Source: a virus | Taxonomy: Duplodnaviria > Caudoviricetes | Virus record (IMG/VR): IMGVR_UViG_3300030330_004274 | Coordinates: 1-64,000 of that record | Strand: one strand, 5' to 3' | Length of the DNA: 64,000 nt | Shown here: positions 19,907-28,012 of the stretch, one piece after another | Layout: each line of letters begins with the position of its first letter | How positions within the stretch are numbered: the stretch's first letter is position 1 | Program-made: the position numbers and the translations under genes | Notes under the pieces: model-generated | Seen by the model: only the letters and a program-made list of their open reading frames with translations | Told to the model about the DNA's origin: nothing | The model's database searches: none

Positions 19907-20076
19907 TGGCTAAAATTAGTTCCGAAGGAATAGAAAAATTAGTAATCGTAAAAAATGCTTTAGATTCAATGTTTGATAAACTTGAAAAAAGTGGTACTTT
20001 TGGTGAAGTACAAGAAGAATTTCAGGCAATTGCAGATATAATTTCTGAAGCAACAACTTGGCAGGAGGTTAGGTAA
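19906..20076 (+). CDS. hypothetical protein (56 aa, absent from the ORF track)
   Basis: MAKISSEGIEKLVIVKNALDSMFDKLEKSG...; TAATG overlaps at both ends. Confidence 0.7.
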   Translation: MAKISSEGIEKLVIVKNALDSMFDKLEKSGTFGEVQEEFQAIADIISEATTWQEVR

Positions 20077-20306
20077 TGGCAACAAATGACCCAGTTAATG
20101 ATAGATATAATGCACCGAGTTTAAACTCTGTGGATTTTGAAAGATTTACATTTGGTGAACTTGAAGTTGATGAATTGTTTTGGCAAACAAATCAACCTGG
20201 TGATAACTATTCTTGGAGAAAAGTTAATCAAACACAGGCAAAAAATTTGAGAAAACAAACTGTTCACAATTTTGATTCAAAAACCGTAGTTTATCAAAAG
20301 ATATAA
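20076..20306 (+). CDS. hypothetical protein
   Basis: AGGAGG RBS and TAATG overlap. Confidence 0.6.
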   Translation: MATNDPVNDRYNAPSLNSVDFERFTFGELEVDELFWQTNQPGDNYSWRKVNQTQAKNLRKQTVHNFDSKTVVYQKI

Positions 20307-20308
20307 TA

Positions 20309-20812
20309 ATGGCAATTAAAAAACCGATTAATATACCTGGTAGACGGAAAGTTATTACCAAGAATATGATATTGCGGGCTCAAGAGAATACTAACTCAAA
20401 TATGGCAGCAGCACGGTGGTTAGAAATAACTTACAATACATATAAAAAATGGGCAAAGTATTATGGAGTATTTGAACAACATCTAAATCAAAAAGGTGTT
20501 GGTGTCAAAAAAGGTTGGGCAACATATAAAGTACCTGTTGAAGATATTATAACAGGTAAAAGACAGCCACCTGCAAGATGGTCACATAAAGTATTTAAAT
20601 CAAGATTGATTGAGGATGGATACTTTCAAGAAGAATGTAGTAGTTGTGGATATAATGAAATAAACTTAAAGACAGGAAAAGTTTGTTTGGGTATAGATTT
20701 CATTGATGGTAATCACGAAAATTTCAAAATAGATAATTTGAGATTATTATGTGCAAACTGTTATTTATCATATAATGGATTTTTTCCAAATTCAAAAAAA
20801 TTCTGTAAATAG
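20309..20812 (+). CDS. HTH plus degenerate HNH/zinc-finger domain protein
   Basis: AAARWLEITYNTY helix-turn-helix; CSSC...IDGNHEN...NLRLLCANC; the usual catalytic His appears replaced (IDF). Confidence 0.6.
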   Translation: MAIKKPINIPGRRKVITKNMILRAQENTNSNMAAARWLEITYNTYKKWAKYYGVFEQHLNQKGVGVKKGWATYKVPVEDIITGKRQPPARWSHKVFKSRLIEDGYFQEECSSCGYNEINLKTGKVCLGIDFIDGNHENFKIDNLRLLCANCYLSYNGFFPNSKKFCK

Positions 20813-20820
20813 GAGATAGG

Positions 20821-21030
20821 ATGTTAGTAGATTATAAAGGTAGAACTATGGAGGTGGGAAAACGAGTAAAAGTTCAATTTGATATACCATCTGCCGATGG
20901 TATGTTATATAAGAATAGTATCGTAAAATTAGATGAGTGGAATAATAAAACTAAAAAAATAAGAGTTACCGATAATACAGGTAAGGTGTGGTGGATAGAA
21001 CCATCACAGGTAAGTTGTAGTTTTTTATAG
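20821..21030 (+). CDS. small SH3/KOW-like hypothetical protein
   Basis: AGGAG RBS; beta-rich pattern. Confidence 0.5.
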   Translation: MLVDYKGRTMEVGKRVKVQFDIPSADGMLYKNSIVKLDEWNNKTKKIRVTDNTGKVWWIEPSQVSCSFL

Positions 21031-21038
21031 GGGGAACA

Positions 21039-21227
21039 ATGGCTAAAAAAGAAAAAACTGATTTAGAAATATTTCAAGGATGGGTTCAAGAATTGACTGA
21101 ATTGGTTTTTGGAAAAGAAGAAAAACCAAAACCAAAGAAAAGAAAAAGAGCTCGTAAAAAAGATGGAACATTCAGAGGTGATGATAAATCTACGCCTGAT
21201 GTTAATGAAGCATGGGAGGATGAATAG
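21039..21227 (+). CDS. hypothetical protein
   Basis: RARKKDGTFRGDDKSTPDVNEAW, a motif familiar from small marine phage proteins. Confidence 0.6.
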   Translation: MAKKEKTDLEIFQGWVQELTELVFGKEEKPKPKKRKRARKKDGTFRGDDKSTPDVNEAWEDE

Positions 21228-21535
21228 TGGCAGAAAAAGAAGATAAATCAAAAGATGAGGGATATTTAACACCTGAACAATTGAAAGAACTTCAAGATTT
21301 ATGTGGAGATATGCTTAGTGAAGCAGAAAAAGTTGTTGAGGATTTTAAATTAAATCCATCAGAACAATTAGAAAGTGGTTCAGTAACTTATCGTATTCAC
21401 CAAGATAGTCCATATCTTGAAGAGCGTTGGAAAGGTGAACAATGGAAGAAAGTTGTATCAAATACCAGTGCTGCTGAGGATTTATTAGCAAATTTAAATA
21501 AAAAAGACGTTGATAATAAAGAAAATAATTCGTAA
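21227..21535 (+). CDS. hypothetical protein
   Basis: GGAGG RBS, GTG start. Confidence 0.5.
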   Translation: MAEKEDKSKDEGYLTPEQLKELQDLCGDMLSEAEKVVEDFKLNPSEQLESGSVTYRIHQDSPYLEERWKGEQWKKVVSNTSAAEDLLANLNKKDVDNKENNS

Positions 21536-21543
21536 ATTATAAT

Positions 21544-21954
21544 ATGTTAATAAAAGAATTTATATCGCAAACAAATAAAAATCAAATGATTTCAACTATT
21601 TTGAAATATTACAAGGTTGGTAATGTCAAAATAAAAATGAAAAATATGAAAGACCATGCTCATTACGAGGTTGATGATGGTATATTACTTTTATCTACAA
21701 AATACAAAACTATCAAGAAATCTCAAATAAAGGAGTTTTTGATTACAATCATACACGAAACATATCATGCAATGGATGCTAAACGATATGGTTGGAAAAA
21801 GTTCAAAGAAATGTATGAGTTGGAAATGAATTATCAAATATCTCAAGGTAAAGATGAATACAAAGATAATAAGTATGAAATTGCAGCCGAAGATTTTGGT
21901 CAATCAAATTACAGAAAATGGTTACAAAAATTCAAAAAGGAAGGTTTAATTTAG
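21544..21954 (+). CDS. HExxH zinc metallopeptidase-like protein
   Basis: IIHETYH...YEIAAE. Confidence 0.6.
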   Translation: MLIKEFISQTNKNQMISTILKYYKVGNVKIKMKNMKDHAHYEVDDGILLLSTKYKTIKKSQIKEFLITIIHETYHAMDAKRYGWKKFKEMYELEMNYQISQGKDEYKDNKYEIAAEDFGQSNYRKWLQKFKKEGLI

Positions 21955-22030
21955 GGGGTGTAGCTCAGTTTGGGAGAGCACTGCACTTGCACTGCAGCGG
22001 TCGTAGGTTCGAGCCCTATCACCTCCACCA
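21954..22030 (+). tRNA. tRNA-Ala(UGC)
   Basis: Full cloverleaf, anticodon loop CTTGCAC, G3:U70 alanine identity pair, encoded CCA. Confidence 0.97.
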
Positions 22031-22035
22031 CATTA

Positions 22036-22109
22036 CGAGATGTAGTTCAGTTAGGTAGAACACTTGCTTTGGGAGCAAGGGGTCGTTGGTTCAAATCCAG
22101 CCATCTCGA
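22036..22109 (+). tRNA. tRNA-Pro(UGG)
   Basis: Cloverleaf with CGAGATG/CATCTCG acceptor stem, loop TTTGGGA, C1:G72 and A73; followed by CAT, so CCA is not encoded. Confidence 0.95.
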
Positions 22110-22114
22110 CATCT

Positions 22115-22169
22115 TGTTACAAACTGTTACAATTTAAGTATTGTAATCTTGTCAAATTCTTCTTATATT
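22115..22169 (+). promoter_or_regulatory. direct-repeat promoter, copy 1 (TGTTACA-N3-TGTTACA ... TATATT)
   Basis: Repeats at 22115/22125; TTGTAA-N17-TATATT. Confidence 0.75.
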
Positions 22170-22210
22170 ATAGTATGATAGAAAAGGAAAATATAACAAA
22201 AGGAGAAAAT

Positions 22211-22531
22211 ATGGTTTTAATGAATGGCAGTGATTATATAGAATTAGATAGTGTTGGTTCAACATTAACAAAAGATTTATTAGTATTTCCAACTGATTGT
22301 AGTGAGGCACCTGAAACAGCGAGTGAAGCTGAGTTTATGAGTGGTGTTCACATTTATGATTTAGATAGTGAATGGTTTAATAGTTTAAGTTCAAATGATT
22401 TAACAGATTTCTTTGAATTTATAGAACTTAATAGTGATGTGATAACTACAGTTTATAAGGCTTGGAAAGATGGTGTTTGGGGTGATTGGGAAACAGCAAA
22501 TAATTGTTATATGAATATGGAGGTTATATAA
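22211..22531 (+). CDS. hypothetical protein
   Basis: AGGAG RBS before ATG 22211; in-frame upstream ATG at 22175. Confidence 0.6.
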   Translation: MVLMNGSDYIELDSVGSTLTKDLLVFPTDCSEAPETASEAEFMSGVHIYDLDSEWFNSLSSNDLTDFFEFIELNSDVITTVYKAWKDGVWGDWETANNCYMNMEVI

Positions 22532-22695
22532 TGAGTGTTTATTCAAATATACCAGGTTCAGGTGGAAAACAAATTCCTATTAAAATGATTTGGGAAGACA
22601 ATAAAACTAAATGTAGTAAATGTGATAAAGTACCTTCAAATATAGAATACCACGGCAAACCATATTGCACTTGGTATTGTGCAAAGAAAAAGTAA
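22531..22695 (+). CDS. small zinc-finger protein
   Basis: GGAGG RBS; CSKC...CTWYC. Confidence 0.55.
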   Translation: MSVYSNIPGSGGKQIPIKMIWEDNKTKCSKCDKVPSNIEYHGKPYCTWYCAKKK

Positions 22696-22697
22696 GT

Positions 22698-22753
22698 TGT
22701 TACATATTGTTACAATTTAATTGTGGCAGGCTATCCATATTTTTTAGTATATT
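22698..22753 (+). promoter_or_regulatory. direct-repeat promoter, copy 2
   Basis: Repeats at 22698/22708; TATATT at 22748; no recognisable -35. Confidence 0.7.
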
Positions 22754-22788
22754 ATAATATGATTAGAAATGATAAAAAAGGAGATTTT

Positions 22789-23046
22789 ATGAACGACATC
22801 ACTCAAGGATACCAACCACTACCAAAAGATAAATGGGGTTGTGATATAACACCAACAGAAGAACCTGATAAAGATTGTATTTGTTGCTGGGGTGATGGAG
22901 AGGTTCAATGTAGTAGAGGTGATACTTATTATTATGATACTTGTTATTGTGTCTTGATTAAGTATTGGAAAAATATTGGTAATAAATTTATGGCTGATGG
23001 TTGTGAAAAATTATTGGCTAATGTAATTAGATTAAAAACACTTTAA
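22789..23046 (+). CDS. Cys-rich hypothetical protein
   Basis: AAGGAG RBS; CICC...CYC. Confidence 0.55.
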   Translation: MNDITQGYQPLPKDKWGCDITPTEEPDKDCICCWGDGEVQCSRGDTYYYDTCYCVLIKYWKNIGNKFMADGCEKLLANVIRLKTL

Positions 23047-23056
23047 AGGAGATTTT

Positions 23057-23182
23057 ATGGAATATATTTACGGAGTTCATTGTGGTGATTCAGATTGTTA
23101 CGCTTGTGGAACACAACGATACAATTGTGATGAGTTAAATAAATTAGATGATTTAGAGGATGGCAATGGCGATAATAACTAA
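23057..23182 (+). CDS. small Cys-rich protein (41 aa, absent from the ORF track)
   Basis: AAGGAG RBS; MEYIYGVHCGDSDCYACG. Confidence 0.5.
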   Translation: MEYIYGVHCGDSDCYACGTQRYNCDELNKLDDLEDGNGDNN

Positions 23183-23381
23183 AACAGAAAAGAAACAAGT
23201 TATAGATTTAACAGGTCCTCAAGGTAATGCATTTTACCTATTGGGTTTGGCTAGTAAGTTATGTAAACAATTAGATTTAGATGAAGAGTTAGTGTTATAT
23301 GATATGAGAATGGGTGGTTATGAACATTTAATCACAACATTTGATGATTATTTTGGTAATGTAATTGATTTGGAGAGATAA
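23166..23381 (+). CDS. conserved phage hypothetical protein
   Basis: IDLTGPQGNAFYLLG motif familiar from myovirus proteins. Confidence 0.65.
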   Translation: MAIITKTEKKQVIDLTGPQGNAFYLLGLASKLCKQLDLDEELVLYDMRMGGYEHLITTFDDYFGNVIDLER

Positions 23382-23851
23382 TGCATAATAGATTTTACAG
23401 AAAACCTAAACCAGAAACTATGAAGAAGAATCGAGAGTTCTATGCAGAAACATTTGAGAAAGAAATCAAATGGTTAAAAGAGAATATTGGTACTCTTAAT
23501 CAACATAAAAATAAATTTTTAATTGAGATGTATTCTATATTAGTTACAGGTAGTAGGAAAGTAACACCAAAAATGGCAACTGCAATACAGAGTGGTATTA
23601 TGAAATGTAATCAAAATCCAAACTACAATGAGAGTTTGAGACAAGAAGCAAATGCAAAGATAAGACCTATGTTAGAAAAAATTGCTATGGTAGAAAGATT
23701 GGCAGAACAAAAAGGTGATAGGGCAATAGATTTTGTAAGAAATGTAAAAGAATATGTTAAGAACAATTATAGGATGACCAAGAAACAAATGGAAAGTCTT
23801 AACAAAGTATATAAGAGAGTATCGGAGGATTTATTTGATGACAAAGGGTGA
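23381..23851 (+). CDS. hypothetical helical protein
   Basis: TAATG overlap; two similar F..........T.K..... helical units. Confidence 0.6.
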   Translation: MHNRFYRKPKPETMKKNREFYAETFEKEIKWLKENIGTLNQHKNKFLIEMYSILVTGSRKVTPKMATAIQSGIMKCNQNPNYNESLRQEANAKIRPMLEKIAMVERLAEQKGDRAIDFVRNVKEYVKNNYRMTKKQMESLNKVYKRVSEDLFDDKG

Positions 23852-23891
23852 TTTAAAATGGATAGAAAATTGGAAACCAAAAGGAGTAAGT

Positions 23892-24176
23892 ATGAATACA
23901 ACAAAAAAAGTAGCAGCTAAAAAAGTTGTTAAGAAGAAACCTGCAAAACGAGCATATCGTAAAGATAGTATAGTAGGTAAGTTATTACAATTAAAATATA
24001 GTATTAATGATATGTACCGAAATGGTGGACCTGGTGTAGATTTAGAACAAACTCGAGCAGATAAAGGTTATGTTATGAATTTGATAGATGGTGTTAGAAA
24101 ATTCGGTTGGAAAAAATTATCTCGTGAAGATGGTTTAATGTGTAATTCGTTATGGAGGAGATATGAAACCAAGTAA
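23892..24176 (+). CDS. hypothetical protein
   Basis: AAGGAG RBS before ATG 23892. Confidence 0.6.
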   Translation: MNTTKKVAAKKVVKKKPAKRAYRKDSIVGKLLQLKYSINDMYRNGGPGVDLEQTRADKGYVMNLIDGVRKFGWKKLSREDGLMCNSLWRRYETK

Positions 24177-24408
24177 AAAGAAAACAGCTAAAAGAAAATT
24201 TGATAAAGCTAAATGGGACATGATATTCGGTAAGTTAAAGAAACTTGGAACAGCTATTGAAATGTATTATGGTTCAAGTATGGATATTGATAATGTAGAT
24301 TATAGATGGGTTGATGATAGGATTGAATATTACGAATCAGGAGAAAGATTGTTAACCAAAGAAGAAATGATACAAGCAAATGAATTATGGGGTGTATATG
24401 GAGTGTAG
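24163..24408 (+). CDS. hypothetical protein (likely paralogue of the upstream gene)
   Basis: GGAGG RBS; shared C-terminal motif. Confidence 0.6.
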   Translation: MKPSKKKTAKRKFDKAKWDMIFGKLKKLGTAIEMYYGSSMDIDNVDYRWVDDRIEYYESGERLLTKEEMIQANELWGVYGV

Positions 24409-24716
24409 TGGGATATACTGATAACTTAAAAGGATTTCGTAGAAGATGTATGATTAAGAAACTTGATATTCTTATGAGACAGATTGAGGATGGTATAGAG
24501 TATTGTTATGATGAGGCTATGTTTGAAGAATCTCCAGATTTAAGAGCAGATATAGAAAACGCTGAATATTATAAGATAAAAATAGAAGAATTAGAAAATC
24601 AGTACAGTATAATATGGAGAATTAGGATACAATTAAGTAAAGGTATTAGAACATCCAAGACAGATTTAGATTATGTTAATCAAGTACATAGAGAGATGGC
24701 ATCAGGCATTTATTAA
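24408..24716 (+). CDS. hypothetical protein
   Basis: In-frame GTG overlapping the upstream stop; start uncertain (alternative ATG 24450). Confidence 0.5.
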   Translation: MGYTDNLKGFRRRCMIKKLDILMRQIEDGIEYCYDEAMFEESPDLRADIENAEYYKIKIEELENQYSIIWRIRIQLSKGIRTSKTDLDYVNQVHREMASGIY

Positions 24717-24922
24717 TGACCAAAATAATAAATTTAAAGACAGGTGAAGTAAGAAAAATTGAAAAACCAAAACCAAGAGAGTGTGAGGTATGTGGTATTG
24801 AGGTGTATGAAGATGAGGGTGGTTTGGTAGGAAATATAGGTAAGTTACCAGTTGGATTTTGTAATGTATGTACAACTGGTATAGTTGCAATGTTAATTGA
24901 AAGACAGAATAAGGAAAGATAA
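24716..24922 (+). CDS. small zinc-finger protein
   Basis: CEVC...CNVC. Confidence 0.55.
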   Translation: MTKIINLKTGEVRKIEKPKPRECEVCGIEVYEDEGGLVGNIGKLPVGFCNVCTTGIVAMLIERQNKER

Positions 24923-24923
24923 T

Positions 24924-25403
24924 ATGAATGAATATGGATTTATAACTTATGTTAATGGTAAGGAAACAAAAAATGATATAGTAAAATTTTTAAGAGATGA
25001 ATATTATACGGTGTTAAAGCCTGGTGTGCATGGAGTTGGGGTATTTGCAATAAAAGATATTCCTGCTGGAGTTGACCCTTTTGCGATATTCAAACATCCG
25101 TTGAGTAGAGATGGTCACAAGTGGTTTCAGGCAGTTTATAAAAGAGATGAGTTAAAGGGTGTTCATCCTAATGTCATTAACTACCACGCAACAAGAGTGT
25201 TTCATCCAAAAGATGAAGTGGTGGTTACAATCTGTAATGAGATGTATAAGTTACAATATTTAAATCATTCAGAGAGCAATAATTTAGACATAGATAAATC
25301 AACACTATCTGGTCTTGTAACTAACAGAGAAATCAAAGAGGGTGAAGAACTACTTCAAAATTATCACCACTTTGAACATTGGGAGTCATTGATAGATGAA
25401 TAA
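24924..25403 (+). CDS. SET-domain protein
   Basis: HGVGVFAIKDIPAG, YLNHS..N, REIKEGEELLQNY. Confidence 0.8.
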   Translation: MNEYGFITYVNGKETKNDIVKFLRDEYYTVLKPGVHGVGVFAIKDIPAGVDPFAIFKHPLSRDGHKWFQAVYKRDELKGVHPNVINYHATRVFHPKDEVVVTICNEMYKLQYLNHSESNNLDIDKSTLSGLVTNREIKEGEELLQNYHHFEHWESLIDE

Positions 25404-25549
25404 AGAACAACAAGAGGCAATAATAGGGGCTGCATGGTTAAACTTATTGATAGGAATATATAATATATACTTGTGGAGTATTGGTGGTAGTATATTTTGG
25501 AATTTAATAATCGGTATATTGAATATCGGAGTATGGGTATTTTTTAGAA

Positions 25550-25750
25550 ATGGGAAAGAAGAGTAAAAAAAAGACTAAAAGAAAAACTTGGCAGGAAAAA
25601 ATGGATTATCTTAATGATAAATCTTTACATATAAAAAGAGTAAGTAGAGATGTATTCAAAGATGCAGATATTGGTATGCGTAGACACAAAGATAAAACAA
25701 AATACAGTAGAAAGAAAAAACATAAAAAGAGGTTAGATAAAGATGGATAA
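25550..25750 (+). CDS. small basic hypothetical protein
   Basis: Lys/Arg-rich, HKDKTKYSRKKKHK. Confidence 0.5.
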   Translation: MGKKSKKKTKRKTWQEKMDYLNDKSLHIKRVSRDVFKDADIGMRRHKDKTKYSRKKKHKKRLDKDG

Positions 25751-25937
25751 AAATCAGTATAAAGAGATAGTAGGTGAATTAATGATAAAAGCAGGTAGAT
25801 TAGAAAAAATTTTAGAGATAATAAAATCAGAACCTAATGACCAAAGGTTAGGCAGTAAGTTAAGACAATTATCTTGGAGTTATGATGAAGAAGAAAATCA
25901 TAATCAAATGAACTTATTCGGAGAAGGTGATTACTAA
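25743..25937 (+). CDS. hypothetical protein
   Basis: PNDQRLGSKLR motif; overlapping operon ORF. Confidence 0.55.
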   Translation: MDKNQYKEIVGELMIKAGRLEKILEIIKSEPNDQRLGSKLRQLSWSYDEEENHNQMNLFGEGDY

Positions 25938-26136
25938 AAAATTAGACCTGCATGGAATAAGACACGAAGAGGTAGGTAGGTTAGTAGAAAACTTCGTATT
26001 GTTGAATGAACCGCCTTTAGATATAGTTACAGGTAACTCACAGAGAATGCAGGAAATAGTGATTAATGTATTGGTTACACACGATATTGGTTATGAGAGA
26101 TGGGGTAACGGATGCATCAAGATATTAAAGTGGTAA
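25927..26136 (+). CDS. stand-alone Smr-domain-like protein
   Basis: LDLHG...IVTGNS...GCIKI. Confidence 0.65.
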   Translation: MITKKLDLHGIRHEEVGRLVENFVLLNEPPLDIVTGNSQRMQEIVINVLVTHDIGYERWGNGCIKILKW

Positions 26137-26172
26137 GGAAATTTTTTTGGGGAGTTGATATATACATATATT

Positions 26173-26227
26173 TGTTACATATTGTTACAATTTAATTGTA
26201 GTAATAATTGCAGAATATTCGTAGATT
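26173..26227 (+). promoter_or_regulatory. direct-repeat promoter, copy 3
   Basis: Repeats at 26173/26183; TAGATT at 26222. Confidence 0.7.
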
Positions 26228-26256
26228 ATAGTATGATAAAAGGAGAAATAAATAAT

Positions 26257-26388
26257 ATGGATAATTTATTAGAACAATTAAAACAAGAGGGTATATTGGA
26301 TTTAATATCCCAACTTGGAGAATTAACCGATGAAGAGTTAGAGGCATTGGTTGAAGCAAATAAGAGTGGTCAAATGGGGGTTGCGTAA
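26257..26388 (+). CDS. small acidic hypothetical protein
   Basis: AAGGAG RBS; in-frame upstream ATG at 26233. Confidence 0.5.
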   Translation: MDNLLEQLKQEGILDLISQLGELTDEELEALVEANKSGQMGVA

Positions 26389-26522
26389 TATGGAAGGATT
26401 AGTGGATGGCGTTGCCCAAGTGGGTATCACGATATTTTCAATAGTTATGGGTATGTTGATAGTCAATTGGTTGGATAGAAATGTATTTAGTAACCACAAA
26501 AAATTTAATAAGGAGAATGAAA

Positions 26523-26945
26523 ATGATTAATGGAATTAAACCAACAATGGCGAAAACCACCGAGTTACGCATTAAACCTACTACTTTTAGTGATGCGATG
26601 GATGTGTTTTGTAAAAAATTAGAGGAGAATTGTAAACCTTATGTAGATAAATTTAATCATATGGATTCGGTTACATTTCGTGCGGATGGTGGTACGAAGT
26701 ATATAAAGGTTAAATCATTTCAAGTAAATATTGAAACAGATTACGAAACAGGTGTGAAAACTCTTGTGGGTGGTGATAAAGGTTCAATTCATTGTTTCGT
26801 AGAAAAAACGACGGGTAATATATTCAAACCTGCAGGTTGGAAATCACCTTATACAAAAGGTAATAATGCCATACGAGGAAACATATATGATTCGTCTACA
26901 TTTGAAAAAACAGATATGCATGGAGGATGGTTATATGCTAGATAG
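26523..26945 (+). CDS. conserved phage hypothetical protein
   Basis: KYIKV...SIHCFVEKTTGNIFKPAGWKSP motif familiar from T4-like phages. Confidence 0.65.
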   Translation: MINGIKPTMAKTTELRIKPTTFSDAMDVFCKKLEENCKPYVDKFNHMDSVTFRADGGTKYIKVKSFQVNIETDYETGVKTLVGGDKGSIHCFVEKTTGNIFKPAGWKSPYTKGNNAIRGNIYDSSTFEKTDMHGGWLYAR

Positions 26946-27096
26946 TAATAATATATTGATTTATAGTTTAGTAACAATGGGTGGATTGTTTGGTATAATG
27001 TTATCATTTTATTTATTGTTATGTTGGATTCAATGGGTTGCGGATGTGATAGATGAGAAGAGATGGCGGGATTGGAGGTATTGGTTCAATGGTTAA
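26935..27096 (+). CDS. small membrane protein
   Basis: GGAGG RBS; one hydrophobic segment. Confidence 0.45.
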   Translation: MLDSNNILIYSLVTMGGLFGIMLSFYLLLCWIQWVADVIDEKRWRDWRYWFNG

Positions 27097-27244
27097 TTGG
27101 GGTATGTTGTTGATAATGATAGGTACTTTGTTGGTATGGTGGAGTATCTTCAGTAATGGATTTTTCACTACATTGATATGGTTGGTAGTGATTGGATGTA
27201 TATTGGGTATTATAATTAAAACAAAGGAGAATACAAGAGTATGA
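27089..27244 (+). CDS. small membrane protein
   Basis: GGAGG RBS; two hydrophobic segments. Confidence 0.45.
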   Translation: MVNWGMLLIMIGTLLVWWSIFSNGFFTTLIWLVVIGCILGIIIKTKENTRV

Positions 27245-27447
27245 ATATAATAGAAATAATGAATAAAATAAAGTCAATCAAAGGTGATTATCAAAACAAT
27301 ATGATAACAGCAGATGAGATGTGTGAACACTTGGAAGACCTTATCTATGATGTACAAGGTAATGATGAGTATAGTGGGTTTGGGACTTCATTGGAAGATG
27401 ATGGGTTTTACGATAACATGCCTGACTTTACACAATTGAAGGTATGA
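27241..27447 (+). CDS. hypothetical protein
   Basis: AAGGAG RBS, ATGA overlap. Confidence 0.55.
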   Translation: MNIIEIMNKIKSIKGDYQNNMITADEMCEHLEDLIYDVQGNDEYSGFGTSLEDDGFYDNMPDFTQLKV

Positions 27448-27719
27448 TGATGGTATTCAATTCATTAACAAATTTTTTGAGCAATAAATACAATCTATGG
27501 GGATTAATCATTTTATCCAATTTACTGATAGGATACATTATAGGACAGTACCTGACTGTTGGCCAATTATGGTTAGTATTCATACTTGTATTTGTGAACA
27601 ACTTCTGTATGTTGACCTATGGAATGGCACAAGGTATGTTGATGTTAAGTATGACACAAAAAGCAATGAAGGAATGGTTGGATAAAATGGAAAGACAGAA
27701 CAAAAATGATACAAAGTAG
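27444..27719 (+). CDS. membrane protein
   Basis: Two hydrophobic segments; ATGA overlap. Confidence 0.5.
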   Translation: MMMVFNSLTNFLSNKYNLWGLIILSNLLIGYIIGQYLTVGQLWLVFILVFVNNFCMLTYGMAQGMLMLSMTQKAMKEWLDKMERQNKNDTK

Positions 27720-27880
27720 TGTTGATACACTATCTATGGTTGTTAGTGTCTATTTGTGGGGAAGAATGGTGTAAAACACCATATTACAATGTATTTTAAG
27801 TATTAAATTCATAGTATAATATAGAGAGAATTATATACAGCACATACATATCTCGCAAATAATTTTTTTTGAGAAAAAAC

Positions 27881-27910
27881 TTGACTTGAATGGGCAAAAA
27901 GCCTTATATT
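27881..27910 (+). promoter_or_regulatory. sigma70-type promoter TTGACT-N18-TATATT
   Basis: Matches the repeated promoter class; lies upstream of the non-coding region. Confidence 0.7.
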
Positions 27911-27952
27911 CATAGTATGTTATTTGAAATAATCGGAGTTTAGCGGGGCAAT

Positions 27953-28008
27953 TGTTACAAATTGTTACATTTATTTTCTTGGATTGTATTGGCTTTTCTT
28001 CGTATATT
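27953..28008 (+). promoter_or_regulatory. direct-repeat promoter, copy 4
   Basis: Repeats at 27953/27963; TATATT at 28003. Confidence 0.7.
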
Positions 28009-28012
28009 GTAG

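Noticed and set aside
22064-22174. 5' extension of ORF 22064-22531
   Set aside because: Overlaps tRNA-Pro and the promoter; the real starts are 22175 or 22211
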